Shown here: piece after piece, positions 58,833-64,000 of the stretch
How positions within the stretch are numbered: position 1 is the first letter of the stretch
Layout: the number at the start of each line of letters is the position of its first letter
Assembly: GCA_046735335.1 (NCBI GenBank)
Contig: JBKPTE010000046.1
Location: forward strand, 32,080 to 96,079
Source of the DNA: Acidobacteriota bacterium
GTDB taxonomy: Bacteria > Acidobacteriota > Vicinamibacteria > Vicinamibacterales > 2-12-FULL-66-21
Length of the DNA: 64,000 nucleotides
Direction of reading: 5' to 3'
Translations under genes and position numbers: made by a program
The notes under the pieces: model-generated
Databases searched by the model: none
Told to the model about the DNA's origin: nothing
The model's input: the letters and a program-made list of their open reading frames with translations, nothing else

Positions 58833-59082
58833 ATGGCAGGCCAGCGCCCGCTCATTCGAACGATTCGCGCTGCCGTTCTCGGCGACCTGACGGAAGCCGA
58901 TGCGGCAGATCGCCGGGCGCACCTCACCACAGCGGCGGCACACTGGAACGTGCTGAGACGCGATCCACCTGGCGTCCGCTCTAATCGCGCGGTCCGCTCT
59001 GCCCGGTCTCGAAGTGCTCAGCCTCGACGATCGGATCCGCACGGTGGCAAAGAAACTGGGATTCCGCGTTGAACCGCCGTGA
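58833..59082 (+). pseudogene. relic of a PIN-domain (VapC-like) toxin gene, truncated and frameshifted
   Basis: The last 41 codons (58957..59082) read DAIHLASALIARSALPGLEVLSLDDRIRTVAKKLGFRVEPP*, a typical PIN C-terminus. An upstream piece in another frame (...PLIRTIRAAVLGDLTEADAADRRAHL...) resembles the middle PIN helix. The N-terminal third is absent because the tRNA occupies that space. Confidence 0.45.
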
Positions 59083-59098
59083 GGAACGAACTCCGCCT

Positions 59099-59488
59099 TC
59101 ACTTCAGCACGCGAAACGCCTTCGTCTCGACGGGTTTGCCGTCGAACGACACCTCGGCAGTGTAGTCCCCGGTCGGAAACCCGGCGGCGCCCTTCAAACT
59201 GAAGTCAGTCGCCGCGCGGTCCTTGTACGAGACCTGCTTGCTCGCCTCGTTCACGAGGCGGTCGCCGAACTTCCAGCGGACGCCGATCGTTGCGGAACCG
59301 ATCCCCGACGTGAGCACCGCTATGTAGACGGTATCGGTTGGCCCGAATGTGGTTGCGGTGATTCCCACGGTCTCGTCGGCGTTCAGCGTCCGACCGATTT
59401 GAACCTCCGTGACCCGGAGCGTGTGCGGCGAGCAGGCCGCGAGCAATGCCGCCAGACCCAGGATGATTGCGCGCCATTTCGTAGACAT
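59099..59488 (-). CDS. hypothetical lipoprotein
   Basis: From ATG 59488: MSTKWRAIILGLAALLAAC (lipobox) followed by a beta-rich 110-aa domain. No family recognised. Confidence 0.6.
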   Translation of the reverse strand: MSTKWRAIILGLAALLAACSPHTLRVTEVQIGRTLNADETVGITATTFGPTDTVYIAVLTSGIGSATIGVRWKFGDRLVNEASKQVSYKDRAATDFSLKGAAGFPTGDYTAEVSFDGKPVETKAFRVLK

Positions 59489-59555
59489 AGGTGTAGCAGT
59501 GTAACGTCCAGCGAACCTCTCGTTGCGGACGCGAGTCTCAGACATAATCTCATTC

Positions 59556-60083
59556 ATGGACCAGCAATCCCTGCGTGCGCGTCAGGCACCGCTGAAGGAC
59601 CGGTATCGAACCGATCCGCAATCGGCATTGATTACGCTACGTGCACACGGTGCGCTCGGGGAGGGCGTCACGTGCAGCGTCGAAACGGGCCGTGCCCTCG
59701 TCGAGGCCGGCCTGCATCCCGCGACGGGCGGCAGCGGGATGGCCGCGTGCTCGGGCGACATGCTGCTGCAGGCCCTCGTCGCGTGCGCGGGGGTGACGAT
59801 GAATGCGGTCGCGACGGCGCTGGCGATAGATGTCCGTGGACGCGTCAGCGCAGAGGGCGATCTGGATTTCCGCGGCACGCTCGGCGTTGCGAAAGATGTG
59901 CCGGTCGGTTTCCGCGACGTCCGCCTGCGGTTCGACATCGTCAGCAGCGCGCCGCCGGATCAACTCGAGAAGCTGCGCCAGTTGACCGAACGCTACTGCG
60001 TCGTCTACCAGACGTTGAAGTCGTCGCCCGCGATCACGGTGTCGCTCGCCGCGCGCGGCGACGATGGTCAGACGTCGGCGTAA
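59556..60083 (+). CDS. OsmC/Ohr-family peroxiredoxin-like protein
   Basis: From ATG 59556. Size and the two-Cys pattern (ACSGDMLLQALVAC ... ERYCVVYQTL) fit the OsmC family. Confidence 0.8.
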   Translation: MDQQSLRARQAPLKDRYRTDPQSALITLRAHGALGEGVTCSVETGRALVEAGLHPATGGSGMAACSGDMLLQALVACAGVTMNAVATALAIDVRGRVSAEGDLDFRGTLGVAKDVPVGFRDVRLRFDIVSSAPPDQLEKLRQLTERYCVVYQTLKSSPAITVSLAARGDDGQTSA

Positions 60084-60102
60084 CGCCGAAAAGAGAGGCA
60101 CC

Positions 60103-61707
60103 ATGCGCAGCACTGGCATCGGCGTCCTGGCGATCGCGGCCGCGATTGGCGGCGGCGCGATGGCCGGCACGACGGAGCAGTCCCCATCGGCCGTCCCGGT
60201 GAATCCCGCGAGCCTGCGGCGCATCGGCACGGTAGAGGATCGGTATCAGTCGTACAACGTCGAGATGCTCGAAGTGACCGGCGGCCGGTTCTGGCGGCCG
60301 TATGGTCCCGAGTTCGATGCGATCCTCAAAGAGGGCAGGCCCGCGTCGGCGCCCGGCGGTCAGACGCCGGCGGGGATGGATCCGCGCCTCTACGAATACC
60401 GGCCGCCGATCGATCTGGGCAACGCGCGGCTGCGCAAACTCGCCGCGGCGCTGGGTCCAGCCTACGTCCGCGTCAGCGGCACGTGGGCGAACACGACGTA
60501 TCTCGCCGATGCGGATCAACCGCCCTCGTCGCCGCCGCCCGGCTACGGTGCGGTGCTGACGCGGCAGCAATGGCAAGGCGTGATCGATTTCTCGCGCGCG
60601 GTGAACGCGCGCATCGTGACCTCGTTTGCAACGGGAGCGGGGACGCGCGATGCCACGGGCGCGTGGACGCCGAAGGAGGCGAAGCGCTTCGTCGAGTACA
60701 CGACGGCGGCAGGCGGCAGCATCGCCGCGGCCGAGTTCATGAACGAGCCCAACATCGCGGCGATGGGCGGCGCGCCGAAGGGCTACGATGCCGCGGCATA
60801 CGGACGCGACTTCAAGACGTTCGAGACATTCGCCCGCGAGTCCACCCACGGCATGATGATTCTCGGTCCGGGATCCGTGGGCGAGGGCAACCTCATCTCC
60901 GAATCCTCGTCGACGCCCATGCCGATCATCAGGAGCCGCGACATGCTCGGGGCGTCGGCCCCCGCGTCGGTCGACGCAGTCTCGTATCACCACTACGGCG
61001 CCGTGTCGCGGCGGTGTGCGGCGATGGGCATGCAGACCACGCCGGAGGCCGCGCTCTCCGAAGAGTGGCTTCGCCGCACGGGCGACACGCTCGCCTTCTA
61101 CCGCAAGCTGCGCGACGAGTTCGCGCCGGGAAAACCATTCTGGCTGACGGAGACCGCTGATGCGGCGTGCGGCGGCAACCCCTGGGGCAAGACCCTCCTC
61201 GACAGCTTTCGCTATCTCGATCAGCTCGGGCGCCTCGCCCGAGAGGACGTCCGCGTGGTGATTCACAATACGCTTGCGGCGAGCGATTACGGCCTGCTCG
61301 ACGAGAAGACCTTCACGCCGCGGCCGAACTACTGGGCCGCGCTGTTGTGGCGAAAGCTGATGGGTCCGACGGTGCTCGATGCAGGCATCCCCATCAAGGA
61401 AGGACTGCATGTTTACGCACAGTGCCTTCGGGGAGCCCAGGGCGGCGTCGCGCTCCTGGCCATCAACAACAGCCGGACGGACGCGCACGCGCTCGCGCTT
61501 CCCCTCGCGGCCGATCGCTATACGTTGACTGGACAGCCGCTCGACACGGGCGACGTCCGGTTGAACGGACAACCGCTTGCTCTGCGGCCCGGTGATGAGC
61601 TGCCGGACATGGCAGGAGACCGCGTTGCGGCCGGCACCGTTCCGCTCCCTGCTGCGAGCATCACGTTTCTCGCGATTCCCGACGCGGCAAATCCGAGCTG
61701 CCGCTGA
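60103..61707 (+). CDS. secreted glycoside hydrolase family 79 (heparanase / beta-glucuronidase-like)
   Basis: RBS AAGAGAGG precedes ATG 60103. Signal peptide. Acid/base motif AAEFMNEPN. The nucleophile region FWLTETADAACGGNPWGKTLLDSFRYLDQLGRLAR parallels heparanase WLGETSSAYGGG...WLDKLG. Confidence 0.75.
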   Translation: MRSTGIGVLAIAAAIGGGAMAGTTEQSPSAVPVNPASLRRIGTVEDRYQSYNVEMLEVTGGRFWRPYGPEFDAILKEGRPASAPGGQTPAGMDPRLYEYRPPIDLGNARLRKLAAALGPAYVRVSGTWANTTYLADADQPPSSPPPGYGAVLTRQQWQGVIDFSRAVNARIVTSFATGAGTRDATGAWTPKEAKRFVEYTTAAGGSIAAAEFMNEPNIAAMGGAPKGYDAAAYGRDFKTFETFARESTHGMMILGPGSVGEGNLISESSSTPMPIIRSRDMLGASAPASVDAVSYHHYGAVSRRCAAMGMQTTPEAALSEEWLRRTGDTLAFYRKLRDEFAPGKPFWLTETADAACGGNPWGKTLLDSFRYLDQLGRLAREDVRVVIHNTLAASDYGLLDEKTFTPRPNYWAALLWRKLMGPTVLDAGIPIKEGLHVYAQCLRGAQGGVALLAINNSRTDAHALALPLAADRYTLTGQPLDTGDVRLNGQPLALRPGDELPDMAGDRVAAGTVPLPAASITFLAIPDAANPSCR

Positions 61708-61711
61708 TCGC

Positions 61712-62497
61712 GTGTCCCGCTATTCGGAAAGGTTCGATCGCTGGCTTGCCGCGCTCGAGTCGCGGCACCTCGCGAACCTCACACGTTCCGAGCTGACCCG
61801 CGCCCTCCGCGCGTTGTCATCCTGTTACGTCGAACGCCGCGGCCGGCTCGCTCGCGGCGGAGCGCTCGATTCCGCCGGCAAGCGCGCCGCCTTTGCACTC
61901 TTCTACGCGCCGCTGCACTTTTTGACGACGCGAGCGATCGTCGAGGCGCTCGGGCTCGGTCGGGTGACCGTGCCGCAGATCGTGGACGCGGGCTGCGGCA
62001 CTGGCGCTGCAGGTGCCGCGTGGGCGCTCGCCGTTGCCGACCGGCCGTCGGTGCGCGGTCTCGATCTGAACCCCTGGGCCGTGCAGGAGGCGAACTGGAC
62101 CTATGAGCAACTGGCAATCAACGGACGGGCAGTGCAGGCAGACGTCGCCTCGCCCAACTTGCGGGTTGTCGCGTCGAGTGCGCTCCTGCTCGGGTACACG
62201 GTCAACGAGCTGCCGGAGACCAAACGCGCCGCCGTCCTCGCGACTGTCGACGCCGCGATCGGCCGTCGCGCGCCCGTGCTCATCATCGAGCCAATCGCAC
62301 GGCGCGTTGCACCCTGGTGGACCGGGTGGGCGCGCACGCTCACTGCCGCGGGCGCGCGGGAGGAGGAGTGGCGGTTCCCGGCGGCACTTCCGACGCTCCT
62401 CGCCGATCTCGCCAGGGGTGCGGGGCTGCGCCCTCACGAGCTCACCGCACGAACCATTTCGTTCGGACCGCAGCACACGACGCGTTCGAACTTGTGA
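61712..62497 (+). CDS. class I SAM-dependent methyltransferase (Rsm22-like)
   Basis: GTG 61712 lies 5 nt after the GH79 stop. SAM motif IVDAGCGTGAAG. LLLGYTVNELPE is typical of the Rsm22 family. The start codon is uncertain. Confidence 0.6.
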   Translation: MSRYSERFDRWLAALESRHLANLTRSELTRALRALSSCYVERRGRLARGGALDSAGKRAAFALFYAPLHFLTTRAIVEALGLGRVTVPQIVDAGCGTGAAGAAWALAVADRPSVRGLDLNPWAVQEANWTYEQLAINGRAVQADVASPNLRVVASSALLLGYTVNELPETKRAAVLATVDAAIGRRAPVLIIEPIARRVAPWWTGWARTLTAAGAREEEWRFPAALPTLLADLARGAGLRPHELTARTISFGPQHTTRSNL

Positions 62498-62596
62498 TCG
62501 CCGCGTCGAAAATCGCACACGGCAGGCTGGGCAATCGCCGTAAGTCGTTGAGGCGCAAGATCGAGCCGCGGCACGCGGGGTGCTGCTGCGCACACG

Positions 62597-63820
62597 ATGC
62601 GCTTCAGGGTGAGCGGCCGGCACGATTCGTTGCTCCTGGCTGGCTTTGCCTTCGCCCTCCTGCTGGTCTTTCAGCGATCGCTCCAGTACCTCCTGAACAT
62701 CGCCACCGACATCGAGCACACGTATGGGGTCGCGCTGGTGCCGGCGCTCCTCGTCCTGAGCGTGATGTTCGTGTTCCACCTGCACGCGAACCGCCGCGAG
62801 ATGCGCGCGGAAGCAGCCGCCGCGGCGGCTGAAGCCCGGCTCGCGCGCGCGCAGGCGGCGGAGCTCACGGAGTTGATGACGTTCGGTCAGGCGCTGAGCC
62901 GCGCTTTGACGGTCGATGCCCTGCACGAGGCCGTCTGGCGGCACCTTCCCATTCTCGCGAAGGGCACCGATATCTGGGTCCTGCTGCGCCGCGAAGGCGA
63001 GTGGGAACGCGTCACGGATCGCGGGCATGCCCGCTGGCGATCCGGTGAGCTGGAAGCCATCGCCGACCGCATCGTTCGTCTGCCGTCGGAACGTCTGGCG
63101 AGCGGCGATGCGATTCCCTGCGATGGCTTCATGTGCCACGTGATCACCGTGGGTGGCGGCCCTGCGGGGATCGTCGGAATCGGCGAGCACCATGCGTCCG
63201 ACGACGCGCGCCGCGCCGTCGGGACCGCGATCACGCTGGTGGGGATCGCGCTCCGGAACGTACAGCTCTTCGCCGAGATGCGGGCCACGGCGCTCCGTGA
63301 CGAGCTGACCGGCTGCTTCAATCGCGCGCACGCGCTCGAGTCGCTCGAAGCGGAGCTGACGCGCTCGCGTCGTACGAACGCGCCGCTCTCGGTCATCATG
63401 CTCGACATCGATCACTTCAAACGCATCAACGACGAGCACGGGCACCTCTTCGGCGATCAGGTGCTCGCGGCCATCGGCCATCGCGTGCGGCAGGTGCTTC
63501 GGAGGAGCGATCTGCGCTGTCGATACGGCGGCGACGAGTTTCTGATCCTGCTCCCCGAAACGCCGGCAACCGGCGCCCATCACGTAGCCCAGTGGCTGCG
63601 CAGCGAGCTTGGAGGCGAGGACGTCACCGCCGACGGCGTCACGATCCGGCCGTCGGTGAGCATCGGCGTCGCCACGTGTCAGCCGGGGGATCGCGCCGAA
63701 GCGCTCGTCGACCGGGCGGATCGCGCGCTGTACGCGGCAAAGGCGGCCGGGCGGAACTGCGTCCGCGTCGCGTTCAACGCTCCGCGCGCTGTCGTGCCGG
63801 CTGCGGTGGTGAACCGCTAG
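62597..63820 (+). CDS. membrane-anchored diguanylate cyclase (2 TM + GAF-like sensor + GGDEF)
   Basis: DELTGCFNRAHAL, IMLDIDHFKRINDEHGH, RYGGDEFLILL, RADRALYAAKAAGRN. Confidence 0.9.
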   Translation: MRFRVSGRHDSLLLAGFAFALLLVFQRSLQYLLNIATDIEHTYGVALVPALLVLSVMFVFHLHANRREMRAEAAAAAAEARLARAQAAELTELMTFGQALSRALTVDALHEAVWRHLPILAKGTDIWVLLRREGEWERVTDRGHARWRSGELEAIADRIVRLPSERLASGDAIPCDGFMCHVITVGGGPAGIVGIGEHHASDDARRAVGTAITLVGIALRNVQLFAEMRATALRDELTGCFNRAHALESLEAELTRSRRTNAPLSVIMLDIDHFKRINDEHGHLFGDQVLAAIGHRVRQVLRRSDLRCRYGGDEFLILLPETPATGAHHVAQWLRSELGGEDVTADGVTIRPSVSIGVATCQPGDRAEALVDRADRALYAAKAAGRNCVRVAFNAPRAVVPAAVVNR

Positions 63821-64000
63821 CGCCCGTCGCTCCGGCGCGATACGCGGCGAGAATTTCGCTCATCCCAATCACGCCCACCAGCCGCGACGGGTCTGCCCGG
63901 TGCACGACGGGCAGGTACGGATAATCGGCGATCAGCTTGAGCGCGATGTCGAGGCTCTGGTCCGGGTAAACGGAAGGCAGCGGCTCGGCGACGCCCAGAA
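63774..64000 (-). CDS. CBS-domain protein, 3' end only (gene continues beyond the window)
   Basis: Not in the ORF track (no start codon in the window). The minus frame reads ...LGVAEPLPSVYPDQSLDIALKLIADYPYLPVVHRADPSRLVGVIGMSEILAAYRAGATGASGSPPQPARQRAER*, with stop TGA at 63776..63774. Overlaps the cyclase 3' end by 47 nt. Confidence 0.6.
   Translation of the reverse strand, partial: LGVAEPLPSVYPDQSLDIALKLIADYPYLPVVHRADPSRLVGVIGMSEILAAYRAGATGASGSPPQPARQRAER

Noticed and set aside
58636-58890. 84-aa ORF spanning the tRNA-Ser gene
   Set aside because: It reads through a canonical tRNA, so it is an artefact.
61817-63583. 588-aa minus-strand ORF opposite the methyltransferase and GGDEF genes
   Set aside because: No motifs and Arg-rich. 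The plus-strand genes carry clear SAM-binding and GGDEF motifs.

Overview
This is a visibly GC-rich bacterial chromosome segment (roughly two-thirds G+C by eye, not computed) that spans the replication origin. A minus-strand block rpmH-rnpA-yidD-yidC-jag-mnmE-mnmG-rsmG-parA-parB diverges from plus-strand dnaA-dnaN-gyrB-gyrA at about 29.4-31.3 kb. That region carries DnaA-box clusters, a 39% G+C island and a parS site. Other content, left to right: a partial sigma-54 activator; an mfd / SurA-like / NusG-paralog / dus operon; a PEP-CTERM protein; and an F1Fo ATP synthase b'-b-delta-alpha-gamma-beta-epsilon block that runs straight into a PP2C phosphatase, a Wzm/Wzt-type ABC exporter and an HldC-like adenylyltransferase. 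It continues with selD, uvrD/pcrA, leuCD / LysR / leuAB, an SPFH+GntR pair, glmU-glmS, rsmI, DUF885, galU, serS and tRNA-Ser(UGA). The right end looks more accessory: a metzincin lipoprotein, a PIN-toxin relic, OsmC, a GH79 heparanase-like hydrolase, an Rsm22-like methyltransferase, a GGDEF cyclase and a partial CBS protein. Gram-negative envelope markers are present (SurA-like, beta-barrel OMP, PEP-CTERM, lipoboxes). The phylum cannot be determined from this window; Acidobacteriota-like is only a guess. I found no complete mobile element, CRISPR array or recognisable defence system, so this is mostly core genome. The ORF track misses five things: selD is a selenoprotein gene (in-frame TGA at the Cys17-equivalent position plus a candidate SECIS); rpmH is under 60 aa; a CBS-gene 3' fragment sits at the right edge; a four-helix-bundle gene is a pseudogene with two nonsense codons; and a frameshifted PIN relic lies beside the tRNA. 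The least ordinary signal is structural rather than coding. Four intercistronic spacers (parB>selD, jag>mnmE, gyrB>gyrA, glmU>glmS) are each built from a locus-specific 7-9 nt unit repeated in tandem and then repeated as its reverse complement. Many smaller spacers carry GC-rich hairpins with one arm duplicated (X-X-X' or X-X'-X). All protein family calls rest on motif recognition by eye; no searches or folding computations were run.
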